Shown here in pieces: positions 1 to 13,084 of a stretch of DNA of 64,000 bases. The notes under the pieces were generated by a model. It saw only the letters and a program-made list of their open reading frames with translations. It did not search any database and had not been told where the DNA came from. The stretch is from the human T2T-CHM13v2.0 reference genome, Homo sapiens: NCBI RefSeq assembly GCF_009914755.1, contig NC_060930.1; one strand, written 5' to 3'. Made by a program: the position numbers and the translations under genes. Positions within the stretch are counted from its first letter, which is position 1, and each line of letters opens with the position of its first letter.

Positions 1-391
1 GGCCACGTGGCTCTAATAAAGTCACCTGTTGGGATACCTGCTCCTCACACCTTTCTTCTGTTCCTGTGCCTACCACATACCTGTCTGTGTGTGACTGGGT
101 GGTGACTCAGTTCTAAACAAGGCATGGAGCTAAGAGGAATCTAGGATATGAACATTTCTCACTTTCAAATAATTTTAGTCTTGAAAAACAGGCTACAAAC
201 TTGATGCTGGTACTTTGAATTTTCTGATTTAAGGAAAACCTATTTTTTTCTTATGATACAGAAAATAAGAGAACAGAAAGATAAATCGAGGCCAAAAAAG
301 CAAAACAAACAAAAACATCCCAAATCAGCAAAGCCACTAACATTTGTAAGTATCTTCATAATTATGTAGGGAAGCATCACTTGAAAATCTA

Positions 392-736
<345 letters not shown>

Positions 737-2361
737 TTAATATGCACATATGGGTTAGCCTAAAAAATTAATTTGAACATTACAGACTACAGGAAGATAA
801 GTTTTTGTTACATCATCTGGATTTTATTTTTCAGGATGGGTGAATAATAATAAAATAATAACAAAGCTGCAACCTGAAAGCAAAATTCAGTAGTATTCCT
901 TTTTTTCTGCTTCCAAAATGGACTATTATTTTGAGATCTATAGTTTCAAAATTAATTTGATTTTAAAATTGAGCTAGTATTTTGTCCTAAATGTTTTTAA
1001 CATTGTGGCATCAACCACCTAAGAATAAGCTGCAAAATCTATTAATTTAACATGGTTAATCTAAATCACACCAAATATTGTTGTTAAAATGAAAAGACTA
1101 CACTGTGGGCATTTTTGATACCCAAATCTTTGCTTTGTATGTTTGTTTTGTATGTTTTCAATTATCTCATGATTCACTTGCATGGTCTATACTTACTTGC
1201 ATTTTATTTAGATCTCTTGGCACAATGTTCATTTTGCTTTTGTGAGTTTTTCTGGCATCATTATAATAAACTATTTTAAAATTAGATATTACAATAATTT
1301 ATTTCATACTATCAGTGCCGTGTATTTTATTCTTCACCATCAATATCAGAAGTTACTAAGAGAGAGGGTTGAAAATGAGTTGTCTGAATATTATTGAAAG
1401 TTACCTGGAATATACCCTACTCTCATTTTTGACATATAATAGTACAACTAAAATGTTACAATGTTTGACTTTTTATACTGTTGCGGAAGACACTGAAATG
1501 CAGTAGGTAGTGGCACAATCTTCATTTTAAGGAAATAATAGACTACTTTCTGACAATCTATTTGGATTTAAGCAATGTAGAGTGAGAAGGCAATCAATCT
1601 TTGTTTATATTTAAAGTGTTGCAATGATTAAAAAAGTATGGGGAAGGGCATAGATTTGAAGCAAATACATTATCTGACGATATCTATTTTAATGTAACCT
1701 ACTTTCCATGGTATTAGGAAAAGTATCATAAAAAGAAAGAGTGATTGAAAGGCCTCTGATCAAATCCTCTCTGAATTATTCCTTAAAACACTTGAAAAAC
1801 ACAATTATTGTTTAGATTTTAAGGCAGGCCTGAATTGAATTACTGCTTTAGTACTCAATCTCTTTGAATATCATTATTTTCCAAAATATGTGAAAGTAGG
1901 GATAGATGGAAATTAATTTACTTTGAACATTTAATCATCTACACTGCATGGAGACAGATAACGTTCTTGAGGTTTGGGAGAGTAAAGAAACTGTTGAACT
2001 TCCTTTTTCACCCGTGATGATTTAGAACAACTAATGGAAGAGATATTTTACATGAGAATTTCTGATTCTGGGAGGATTAGTTTCCAAGCTACAATTCAAT
2101 AAATATTTCTGAGACAAATGTTAATCTTGAGTATTCAAACCAGCTCAAGAGAATTAATATCAATTCGGCCTCTGTTCATACCTTAAACTATGACCCAGAT
2201 TGATGAATTTGAATCCCATTTCTCACAGAAAGGCCACCTTTTAAAAAATGTAATGCCCATAGAAGAAAATGGATTAAAAGAGACCCTATTGCTATTCCCA
2301 TTCCTGCACCAGACTACGTCTTTTATTACAAATATCTCAGAAATAACATTGTGATAAAATT

Positions 2362-2388
2362 CACACGCACACACACACACACACACAC

Positions 2389-2422
<34 letters not shown>
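2362..2422. repeat. Compound (CA)n/(TG)n/(TA)n microsatellite
   Basis: 61 bp of uninterrupted purine-pyrimidine alternation, read directly. Confidence 0.97.
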
Positions 2423-2519
2423 TTATGTCTACAGTCTGAAAATACTTTCATTTTTCTTTTTAAAAGGTAATAAAACCTAATTACATGAATATAACAAGAT
2501 TAACAGCATTGGTACAATA

Positions 2520-3233
2520 CAGTAGCTCCTCTTTTATGCTTGAGTTTGCTTTCTGCAGTTTCAGGTACCCATGGTCAACCAATGTCCAAAAATATATAAT
2601 GAAAAATTCCAGAAATAAACAAGTCATATAAGATGTAAATTGAGTGCCATTCTGAGTAGTGTGATGAAATCTCAAACTGTCCTGCACCTTTCTGCCTGCA
2701 ATTTGAATCATCCCTTTGTCCAGTGTACACACAATGTATTCACTTTCTGCTCATTGGTCATCAACACTGTCTGCTCCTGACATCCAATGACATCGTCATG
2801 GCTTAGTGAACCAGGATCACCTGAAGCAGACAATCCTTCTTCTGATACAGCATCAGAAGCTCAATAGTAGCCTAATGTTATGTCACAGTCCCTCTCTTTA
2901 TCTCATCACATAGGCATTTTATTGTTTCACATCATCAAAAGAAGAAGTGAGTACTGTAAAATGAGATGTTTTGAGAGAGAAAGAGGTCACGTTCTCATAA
3001 CTTTCAGTGTAGTATAATTATTCTTTTTTATTATTAGTTATTGTTAATCTCTTAATGTGCCTAACTTATAAATTAAACCTTATCACAGGTATATATGTAT
3101 AAGGAAAACCATATTATGTGTAGGGTTTGGTACTATTCGTGGTTTCAGGATAGTAATTTTGTGTAGATGGAGGGGGTACACTGAGGGGAAATCTTAGAAC
3201 ATATCCCCCACAGATAAAGGGAAATGACTATTG
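2520..3233 (+). mobile_element. MER44 (Tigger7-derived non-autonomous DNA transposon, MER44C/D size)
   Basis: Starts TA|CAGTAG, has the MER44 body AAAATTCCAGAAATAAACAA...TTCTGAGTAGTGTGATGAAATCTC, and ends ATATCCCCCACAGATAAAGG...GACTATTG. About 710 bp. Confidence 0.9.
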
Positions 3234-3389
3234 ACAGTAGTTTACTAATCATTACTGTTTATTTCCTTTTATTCTTACAATTGAATTTCATGCATACTTT
3301 ATTTTCCATCACTAACATCAGGGGCTATTGATAAAATTAGTTCTCTTAATAGTAGCCATGAATGCTAAAATATAAAGTTAATGTGATAC

Positions 3390-3515
3390 GTGATTATTTC
3401 AATTCATAGGTTTGGAAACTGGGACTATGAAATATGAGGCAACTTTCCAAGGCCATTTTTGCATCAAGTGCTATTGTGACATTAGGCTGGGTCTTCTTAA
3501 GTCACAGTTGTTTTC
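3390..3515 (-). mobile_element. MIR fragment
   Basis: Degenerate MIR core: GGAAACTGGGACT...AACTTTCCAAGGCCA. Confidence 0.4.
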
Positions 3516-4359
3516 TTGCCTCCTGTCATATAGTGTGGAGTTCTCCATAGTATAGCATGACAGGAAGCAAGAGATCTATATTTATGGAGATATCCAAATG
3601 TCAGTAGATAACACATGTTTTGCTTATACTGACATCAAAAACCCTGTCTCCAAAACAATCTCAAATGAGATTCTCATGAGAACACAATTTGTTTGGAGAA
3701 ATTAGCATGGGAATATAAGTTAAAATAAACATTTAAAAACTGTACGTTTATTTTATTTTTAAATAAAAAACATTTCACTGTTAGATCTATTTTCAACAGT
3801 AGAAGTATGCACAAGTTTATAGAAGAATTCTAGTAACATAAATTTTGTTTACCAATAATGAAGACCTTTGTCTTTATGAAGATTACAAGTATCCTGTGAT
3901 TTATTTAACCAGTAACTCTGTATTTAAGTAAAAACTTGTTTATTTTCAATTAAAGAGGTTAATATCACCTTTATTTTTTAGTCGCATTTTTATGTATATT
4001 GACCTGAGGTAAAATTACATCTACACAGAAAGTAAGATTTAATGACTAATCCATATAAACAATTAAATACTTTTGCATCAGGAGCTAAATCATTAGTTTT
4101 AAACAACTGTTCAAGAATCATAAAGCCATTGAGATCAAAGCCAGAATGGTTTGTGTGATCATTCCTGTTTTTGTCATGTTACTCAATAGTAAATGCCAAG
4201 AGTTCCTGGAATGTTTATTAGCCAAATAACTAGTGAAATAATATAATCATTTTAAAATCTGATGTCAATTATTATTTTAAAAAGTTTTATCCAGTACCCA
4301 ATTATATTCTGATTCACTTTGCCAAAATCCTTAAGAGTCAAATAGTCATTCTAGAAAGA

Positions 4360-4440
4360 TGACTGAAATCATAGAGCATTTAGCAAGGCTTTGTTGATAC
4401 ATGAATGGATGAATGAAATGAAAGAATGAATGAATGAAAG
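4360..4440 (+). mobile_element. L2 3' tail with (GAAT)n
   Basis: TTTGTTGA...TGAATGGATGAATGAA...GAATGAATGAATGAA, typical of an L2 terminus. Confidence 0.5.
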
Positions 4441-5714
4441 GACCCCTGGTAAGTTTCATAACACTTTTTAGTTCCATCCTACATAAAAAGACAGAGATAA
4501 ACATATATTGAATGAAGCATCTAGTATGAAATCAACACAACTTTCCTTTCACCAGAAAGAGTAGGGCAGACTGGAAAATAGCATAATTTTTGAAAAATGG
4601 ATAACTGTAATTAAAACTCATTTGCATTTTACTTCTTCCAAGTGTTCCTGGGAATCTATATAATGAGCATACCTTGGTCTCTTGTGGGATTCTGTCAATA
4701 GTTTAACCTCTCCTACCCCTCATAAGACAACACCTGCATGCTGCCCAGTTACAGAGTCAATTAATCAGAGCATTTCACATTGTGATGCAGGGAAATATGG
4801 CAGGTCCTATATGGAAAGTATCAGTGTGTATATATCATTTTAAAGCTATATGTTTTGCTTCACTCTAAATTCCTTCCTGGTAACTTCAGTTAGGCTCTTT
4901 TTTGAGCTTGTCCCTTCCATTATACAACTATATAAGTTCTTGCAGCAGCCAGTGCCCCATAACTTGGAGTCATAGTCATTCACAACAGTTCAGGACTAGC
5001 TATATAATTTGTCGGCCCAAGATTGCATGCCACCTGGAGAGAGGAAACGGAAGTGTTTATAGAGAAACTCCAGTCCGTGACAGAATGAGGGCTTCTCCCA
5101 GAATGAGGGCTGCTCCCAGGAACGTTAATTTCTTGACTTCTGATCTGCCACATTTCTGGAGGCAAGAGAACATCCTGAGGCTGAGAAGTGCAGTATCTGG
5201 CAGTTAAAGGTTGGTCTGTGTGCACTCCCGTGTTAAGGGTGGGGGACCATAGGTGGGGCACGGATATGTCGCCCACTGGGCCCAGAGTCAGGCCTCCTAC
5301 CTGGAAAATGTTGAGCTGGTGATCACACAGATCTTACTCTGTTCCCCTAACTTTCTCCCTACCAGAATTCACAGAGGGACACACTGGAGTCAGACTAGAG
5401 CTATGGGGGATTGTTTGGTATATACACAGCTCCTCCCAGTTCTTCAAATCAATCACGCTCAGTTACCTTTGTCCAGTTTGGTCAGCTTTCCTAGACTCCT
5501 TTCCTTTGGTACCCAGGAAAATATTTATAGGTATCTGAACACAAATAATGAGCTGGGTTCAAGTTCTCTCTTCCAGGATACCTCAAGGGATGTGACTGGA
5601 AACTGTGTATTACTTTCCCTAAGCCTTTCATGACTATTGAGCTTCTGGAACTTTAGGTAGGGGTGTGATTTATGCAAAATACCTAAAATGCTTTTGATAA
5701 GACACTGTGATAAA

Positions 5715-6215
5715 TCTGTGTATTCCAAGTACCATTTACTTTCTCTTCCTAATAGAAGAGTAACGGAATTTTGAGTTGACTTGGTGTAGCCATGTGCCCA
5801 GCTGAAAGACTGTATTTCCTGGCCTCACTTGCAGCTAGGTGTGATCATGTAACTAAATTATGATTAATGAAATATAAGTGGAAGTACTTCTTGGGACTTC
5901 TCAGATGACATTTTAAAAGAAATAGTGTGTTATCCTCTCCCTCCCTTTCTCTTTTTTCCCTTGCTGTAACATAGAATAATTGGAACACTAAATGTAATCT
6001 TGGGCCAGGAGTTGACCTTAAGAATGCAAGGCGTATTCTGGGGCTGAAAAACAGACAGAGAGGAAACTAAGATGTAAATTATACTATAAAGTCAGTTTAC
6101 CAGTCCTAGACCATCTTTTTTAGGAATTATTTTATATAAGAAAGAATTAATGTTTGACTTGATTATGCCACTATTATGTTTCCTGCTATATGTAGTTGAG
6201 CACATTTTTAACTAT
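5715..6215 (+). mobile_element. Old MaLR LTR (MLT1I/J/K-like)
   Basis: GCCATGTGCCCAGCTGAAAGACTGTATTTCCTGGCCTCACTTGCAGCTAGGTGTGATCATGTAACTAA is MLT1-type, and the 3' end is also MLT1-type. Confidence 0.8.
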
Positions 6216-7065
6216 TATGGAAGATGTTATCTATACTCCCACACCAACCTACCCAGGTCTAATTGCTACCTAGTTACCGTGTTGTTATACAAAATTGCCA
6301 TAATACTATTTTGTATTCTGATTTTTATTTTACGGTCCTGTTATCTCACAAATAGTTTTTTTTATTGTTATTTTTAGTGTTTTTCACAAGTTTTCTTGGT
6401 CATCATTTTTAATGTATACATATGAAGTCATCTGATAAATTAGTGACATTTTAATTTATTGAACTGTTGCCCTGATGTTGGACACAAGTTGTTTCCATTC
6501 TCTCATAGTTATAGATAATGCTGTTAATATCTATAACAATAAGTATATCTAGAAGAATAAATAAATTATTATGCACAGGTTTGTGCATATTTGGCTCAAT
6601 TTTATTGTTGTTGATAACTTCTCTCTAATGAAAATGCCACGAATAGAAAATTTTGGAGGCTGCCCTTTATATTCTCATTTTAAGTTACACAATCTCTCTT
6701 GTCCTCTCCTTTCCATTTCAGGGTCACGTTTCTCTTTAGATTACACACAGTGTCTTGTGATACTGCCTCTGGTCAGCTGATTTCTCCTTGCCTCATTCCA
6801 ACTTCTTTTGTCAGAAAATTCTTCAAGATTGCCACATTCTTTCACAATAATATGGTAAGGAAGATCAATTATCTTTACAAGGCTTTGGTTTTAAACTTCT
6901 ATCACTTCATCGGATCAATCTTAAGTACCTTTGAGGAACACTCATACATAGACCAGTTTCATCTGCTGATTGCATAAGGAAAGTAATATTTTGAATATCT
7001 TCAACTTCAATTAATGTCACTTAAATCACTGAGCTGGAATGGAGTTGAAATGGGTCACCTAGACC

Positions 7066-7260
7066 AACAGTTCTCACATCTGGCTGCTCATTGACACCAA
7101 CGGTAGAGCTTTGTAAAGTTACCAGTTCCTTGATTACATCACAAACCTATTGAATCCAGTTTTCAGGGGAAAGAGTGGGAAAAAGTGAGTGTTAGGAAAT
7201 TGCATTACTAAAAGCATCCCAAGGTAATGGTGATGGATAGTGGGCTTTGGGAATCACTGG
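7066..7260. mobile_element. MER5-family hAT-Charlie MITE
   Basis: Termini CAACAGTTCTCA and TTTGGGAATCACTG, about 190 bp, with internal AAACCTATTGAATCCAG. Confidence 0.7.
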
Positions 7261-7479
7261 AAGACACAAAGAAATTACTCACATACCAGCTGGTTTCCTT
7301 TGTGTTAAAAAAATAAATAATAACGTTCTTTTTATTCTTCCCTTTCTTTACGGTACTACTGTCATCATGCCAGATCAGATTTTCACTGGCACTTGCCTGG
7401 ATTATTAAACAGCTTCCCAACTGGTTTCCTTTGGTCCTTCCTCCACTTGGCCTTTAGCTATTGTGGCATCACAAGGCTC

Positions 7480-7690
7480 AGTGCTAGACTTCTACTCTTC
7501 TTTAAACTGTCTCTCGGGGAGGTCATATCCACTTATGCACAGATGACATACACATTTCTTTATTCAACCCAAATCTCTCAATGAAGTTTAAAATACAGCT
7601 TTACAATTGACATTTGATATCCCCTCTTGAACATCTTGAAATTCAATGTAACCAAAAGTGTTATCACCATCTTCTCTCCAACCTCCTTCA
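7480..7690 (+). mobile_element. L2 fragment
   Basis: CCCAAATCTCTC...CATCTTGAAATTCAATGTAACCAAAAGTG, resembling L2 ORF2. Confidence 0.55.
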
Positions 7691-7694
7691 ATAT

Positions 7695-8735
7695 TTTTTT
7701 AATTAAAAAAATTGACACATAATAATGGTACATATTTATGAGGTACACAAAGGCACATAATGATGTTGTGATACATTCAATGTGTAGTGATCAAATCAGG
7801 GAAATTAACATATCCATCATCTGAAACGTTGATCATTTCTTTGTATTAGGAACATTCAATATCCCTCTAGCTATTAAATATATATATTATCATTAGCTAT
7901 ACTCGTCCTTCAGTGCTATAGAACAGCAGTCGCCACCCTTTTTGGCACCAGGGACTAGTTTCATGGAAGACAATTTTTCCTTGGATGGTGTGTGTGTGTG
8001 GTGGGGATTAGGGATGTCAAGTGCATTACATTGATTGTGCACTTTATTTCTATTATTATTACATTGTAATATATAATGAGATAATTATACATCTTACCAT
8101 AATGTAGAATCAGTGGGAGCCCTGAGCTTGTTTTGCTGCAACTAGACGGTCCCATCTGGGGGTGACAAAAGATAGTGACAGATCATCAGACATTAGATTC
8201 TCATAAGGAGCACACAACCTAGATCCCTCACATGCACAGTTCACAATAGGGTTTGCACTCCTTTGAGAATCTAATGTGGCTGCTGATCTGATAGGAGGTG
8301 GAGCTCAGGTGGTAATGTGAGTGATGAGGAATGGCTGTAAATACAGATGAAGCTTCGCTCCCTCACCTACCACTCACCTCCTGCTGTGTGACCTGGTTCC
8401 TAACAGGCCACAGACGAACAGCAGTTGGGGACCCCTGCTATAGAACACTAGAACTCCTTTCCGCTATCTAGCTGTAACTTTGTATCCTTTAACAAATCTC
8501 TCCCTCTACTCCCCCTTTCCCTTACGTTTCCCAGCTTCTAGTATGCTCTGTTCTCATTTTTACTTCTATGAGATTAATTTTCTTTTTAGCTTCTCCATAA
8601 GGGAGTATATTTGGAGTTTAAGTTTCTTTTCCTGGTTTACTTCATTTAACATAATGCCCTCCATTTCCATCCATGTTGCTGCAAATGACATGATTGTATT
8701 CCTTTTTATGGTAACCTGTTGTGTATATGTGCATT
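7695..8735 (-). mobile_element. L1MA (MA6-MA9-like) 3' end, interrupted by MER1A
   Basis: T-rich tail then TTGACACATAATAATGGTACATATTTATGAGGTACA...GATCAAATCAGGG. Resumes after 8437 with TCCATCCATGTTGCTGCAAATGACATGATT. Confidence 0.88.
7924..8437 (-). mobile_element. MER1A (hAT-Charlie3 MITE)
   Basis: Ends CAGCAGTCGCCACCCTTTTTGGCACCAGGGAC and GTTGGGGACCCCTG. Perfect 8-bp TSD CTATAGAA at 7916-7923 and 8438-8445. Confidence 0.95.
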
Positions 8736-8989
8736 TTCTAATGCAGCTAATAAAGCATCATTTGGTCGTAAACACCAATACTTCTGAGAATATGTCAGAA
8801 ATATTTTTGAGATTTTAAATTATACCTATTTCTGAAAATGGAAAATATTCTATAAAGGTTTATACTCCTATGATTAAGTAGGTGAATAATTTTCATTACC
8901 AATTGAAGGGATTGGCAAAAAATTGTACTATGAATTTCCAGAATATCAGAAGAAAGGTCTCCTATTAGTGTGCTGATTCTAATAATAGA

Positions 8990-9120
8990 CATTCATTCAT
9001 TCACTGAGAACACTGTCCTAGGCTGTGGGGATACAACAATGAACCAGATTCACACATTGTGTGCTGTCAATGAGCTCATGTTTCAGTTAAGGAGATGTAC
9101 AATTCATAGACAAAAATTAT
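8990..9120 (-). mobile_element. L2 3' end
   Basis: (ATTC)n followed by CACTGTCCTAGGCTGTGGGGATACAACAATGAAC. Confidence 0.75.
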
Positions 9121-9194
9121 ATGAAGTCATTTTAGATTCTTTATTGATTACCTAGAATACTATGCCCTAGGAAATAATTTAAAGTAAAAAAATG

Positions 9195-9340
9195 TAGGTT
9201 TGAATCCAGGGTCACAACTTACTTGATTGCACAAATCTTAGTTTCCCCATCTATGCTATGGGTTTCTTTGGAGGAACAAAGATCTAATGTTCTTAGCAAG
9301 GTACCTGACACTTAGGAAGCCCCAGAAATTATGTTAACTA
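9195..9340 (+). mobile_element. MIR
   Basis: GGTTTGAATCC...AGTTTCCCCATCTAT...CTTAGCAAGGTACCTGACAC. Confidence 0.65.
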
Positions 9341-9599
9341 AAATAATAGCAATGATAATAATAGACAATTATTGTCAATAAGAATTATTATATTATTGTT
9401 CCTGTGAATACATTATTTATTATTATTATCATTATCATCTTTGGCAGATCCTGGCTCTAGGAGTTTGAGCAATATCATTTGTGAGTGACCTTCCATTTTC
9501 ACACACTCAGAACTTTTCACTGTTTCTCAAAGTGTTCTCTGGGCATGAAGTCATGCATTGCTAATAATTTCTTACATGTACAGTGACAAGTGCTCTTTC

Positions 9600-9710
9600 A
9601 TGTGACATTCATTGCCTCCTTCTGGTATATTTATAAAGATCCTGTTTTTAGATGGTAAAAATATGGTTCAGAAAGATTTAATATCTTGCTCAAGGTCACA
9701 TAGCAAATGC
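9600..9710 (-). mobile_element. MIR core fragment
   Basis: TTTTAGATGGTAAAAATATGGTTCAGAAAG...CTTGCTCAAGGTCACATAGC. Confidence 0.65.
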
Positions 9711-9828
9711 CACAAACTTTGTCTTATATTATTCTAAATATGACAGGTTGTTTTGACTCCAGTCTTTTTCCTAGAGGCAGAGTGGTCCTGAGTAGAAAAG
9801 AGGAGTAAGTCATTAAAAAAAAATATGA

Positions 9829-10134
9829 GGCCAGGTGCAGTGGCTTACGCCTGTAATCCCAGCACTTTGGGAGACTGAGGCAGGCGGATCACTTGAGGTC
9901 AGGAGTTCGAGACTAGGTTGGCTAACATGGTGAAACCCTTTCTGTACAGAAAAATACAAAAGTTAGCTGGGTGTGGTGGCTGGTGCCTGCAATCCCAGCT
10001 ACTCAGGAGAGTAAGGCAGGAGAATCATTTAAACCTGGGAGGCAGAGGTTGACAGTGAGCCAGGATCACACCACCGCACTCCAGCCTGGGCCACAGAGTG
10101 AGACTCCCTCTCAAAAAAAAAAAAAAAAAAAAAA
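9829..10134 (+). mobile_element. AluS (Sx/Sz-like)
   Basis: Full dimeric Alu with a 22-nt poly(A) tail. Confidence 0.98.
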
Positions 10135-10559
10135 GTGAATACAAATATCCTCATGAGAATGGATTAGTAGCCTTGCTATTTACAGGTCTCCCTATTGTTA
10201 AATGCACACACAACTAGCAAGTTGAGAGTATGAAAAACGCAGCAGAAATAGCAATTTAATATATCTCCTATCTTAGATATCTTGGGTATTTCACTGTAAG
10301 AGCTTTTCTTTTCTTTTTGGTATAGCTTGTATATCTGTTTTATTAATTATCTCAACTTTTGCAGATGCCTATTTTTATGAAAATATTCAAATTATGACTC
10401 TGGGAGCCAGAGAGAGCTTGTATAGGTTGCACTTAAAAAGAACTAATTTGGAAAATTTTTCTAGTCTGTACTTCCCAAAGCATCTCTCTCTATTTCCCCT
10501 CTGAATCAGTGGCTGATTTGATTAGGCAAGATAGAGTTGAGTGGAGGTGGAAGACAGAT

Positions 10560-10910
10560 TGTGGAGCAGAAACAGTGGGTTTGCTCCTTTAATATACCTT
10601 TCACCTCACTTTTCCTTTGCCTCTAAAATAAAAGACAAGCATTACATTCTCAGGCAATTTGCAGCTAGGAGTTTCCAGGTGACACTGTTTTGCCCTGAGT
10701 CTGCTGTTGGGTTCTTTCCCTACTCTTTTCTTTTTGTATAGAGTGAACAAATAATACCTGGAAGCAGCCATTTTTAAAATGATACAGCAAAAAAACAGGA
10801 AGTAGCCCATGTGCTGTCTATCTCTGGAGAACTTATATGAAAGGAATAAACCACAATGTGTTGGAATTGCCATTAAGCAGCTTTTTTGTTATTTGCAGGG
10901 AACTGCAATG
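10560..10910 (+). mobile_element. Old MaLR LTR (MLT1-like)
   Basis: CATTCTCAGGCAATTTGCAGCTAGG...GGTGACAC, GCAGCCATTTT, and a 3' end TTTTGTTATTTGCAG. Confidence 0.55.
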
Positions 10911-11192
10911 GTTGGGTAAGAGACTGCTTGACTCTCAAACCTCCCGTATAAAGACGCCATGTTTTATACTTGTGTTCAGTGGTAGAAGTGTCTGATCGGT
11001 ATTTTTGTAAATATTTAAAGACAATGCGTTGGAAACAAGAAGAGCGGACTGACCTTATCATGAGATGTGATCAATAAATGATTGTATTTTATTGCCTAAA
11101 GCCAGGAATTTCTCTTATGTAGGGGAGTGAGAGGTCAAGGGCAAAGTATCAGTTACTTCTTAATCAAGAATAGAATATCTCCTCCACTAGCA

Positions 11193-11488
<296 letters not shown>

Positions 11489-13084
11489 CACTGGCATTTA
11501 ATAAAAGATGAATTTTTAAAAATAGGTGAAGCCTAAGTAATCATCTTAAATGACAATTACAGTGGAAGGAAATATCATCTTTGGTAAAAAAAAAAAATTC
11601 AATAGAAAAGGCTGGGAATCTGAGAATCAGCTTTCATCTGAGTTCTACCATTTGCTTTTTACGCATCTTTAGATAAATCAAGTAAGTTTTTTTGCTTAAA
11701 TTTCTTTACATTTTAAATATGACCAATAACACTTGGTCTCTCTCAATTCTTGCTCTTAGGATGATAAGTAGGTCAAGCACTTTGAGTATCTTTGAAAAGA
11801 AACAGTATTGAAGTGTCATGGATGTGTACATCATGAGTACTATGCTTCCACTTACATTAGGAGAAGATAACACTGCCCTTTATTGTCAACACAGGTTAGA
11901 ACATTGACCAATCATCACACTGATATTTAGCAAAAATGAAATTTGTTAATTTGAAATCCAAGTTGTGGTCAAAGATACTTTTGCTTTGAGTGACATAATC
12001 ACTTGCTAAATCTAATCAAGGATTGTGCCACAACTATTGTAGATGCATCTGTCAAAATAGTCGTTGGTATTTTGTTAGCTAGCTAAATGAATTCTAGAGA
12101 TGAAAATTACTAAATAGTAAGAGTAGAACTGTAATATGGTTGTAGAGTTTATTCAGGGATTATGGCTTCCTGCCTCCACTCCTAAACTCAGTCTTGTTCA
12201 GGATTCTCTGCCTCAGCCCTAACATCCATTCAATCTGCAAACCAGGAAAAGTAGTCATGATAAAAATGGCATTACTAACATGTCTGGAGATATTTTTAGC
12301 TTATAAGCTCTTGTACGAATGTATCTGTCCACTTAGAATATCAGTGAAATGTAGGTCTGAGAATATAAGCCTGATGATAAAAACTCCCTCATTTTCTTGT
12401 ACAACAAATCTAACAGACTGCAGATTACTAAAAGTAAGGCTGAGTGAAAGGAATCAGTCAGAACTAGTTTGGAATAATGTGAAAAACTGGGTTCATTGCT
12501 GATCTGTTTGATTTTGTTGTTCATGAATTTTAGCAGAATCATTTTTACTGGTTCCTGTGGTTTTGCCTAGCACAGAAAAAGGATATTATTGCGTTGATAT
12601 AAGACCACTTTTTTTTCTGAGCCCTGTGCCAAAAAGAAAGATGGTCAAGGGAACTTAGCATAAAAGCAAGAAGGTTTGTGGAATAGCAAAGTCTAAAATC
12701 TCAGCCTAATATGATATGGAAGTGAAGAGAGGGGAGAGCTGTTTGCTTAGGAAACAGTTTAGGAGTCACTGGCTAGGGTTTCCTTCTGTGGTCAGAAAAC
12801 AGAGCAAGAAAAATTGAGCAAAAAGTTGGATGGAGGCTACAGTCAGAGAATTGGAGGTTTGAATTAGTGATTTTGGAAAATGAATTTTATATTAATGACA
12901 TGGTCAAAGATATCACTATGGGAGCAGAGTGTGAGTTTGATTCTGGACTGGTTGGTCATATGGGTACTGATGTCAGCTAGCATGATGAAAGACTGTGGTT
13001 CAGATGACAGTGTATCCCATGAATCAGCGAATTTCCTGTTTGTTGGTAAATAAGTAAGGGAAAACAATTTTATAGCTAATTAAT

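Noticed and set aside
2011-2072. C/D-box snoRNA-like pattern (GTGATGA ... CTGA)
   Set aside because: The boxes span only about 52 nt, the terminal stem is poor, and I recognise no rRNA or snRNA antisense element. Expected by chance.
2182-2237. Minus-strand 56-nt exon-like segment (TTAAAAG| ... AAG|GTATGA)
   Set aside because: Weak polypyrimidine tract, stops in all frames, and no supporting neighbour.
4902-5633. Overlapping 98-126 aa ORFs
   Set aside because: Non-ATG starts, no recognisable domain, no exon structure.
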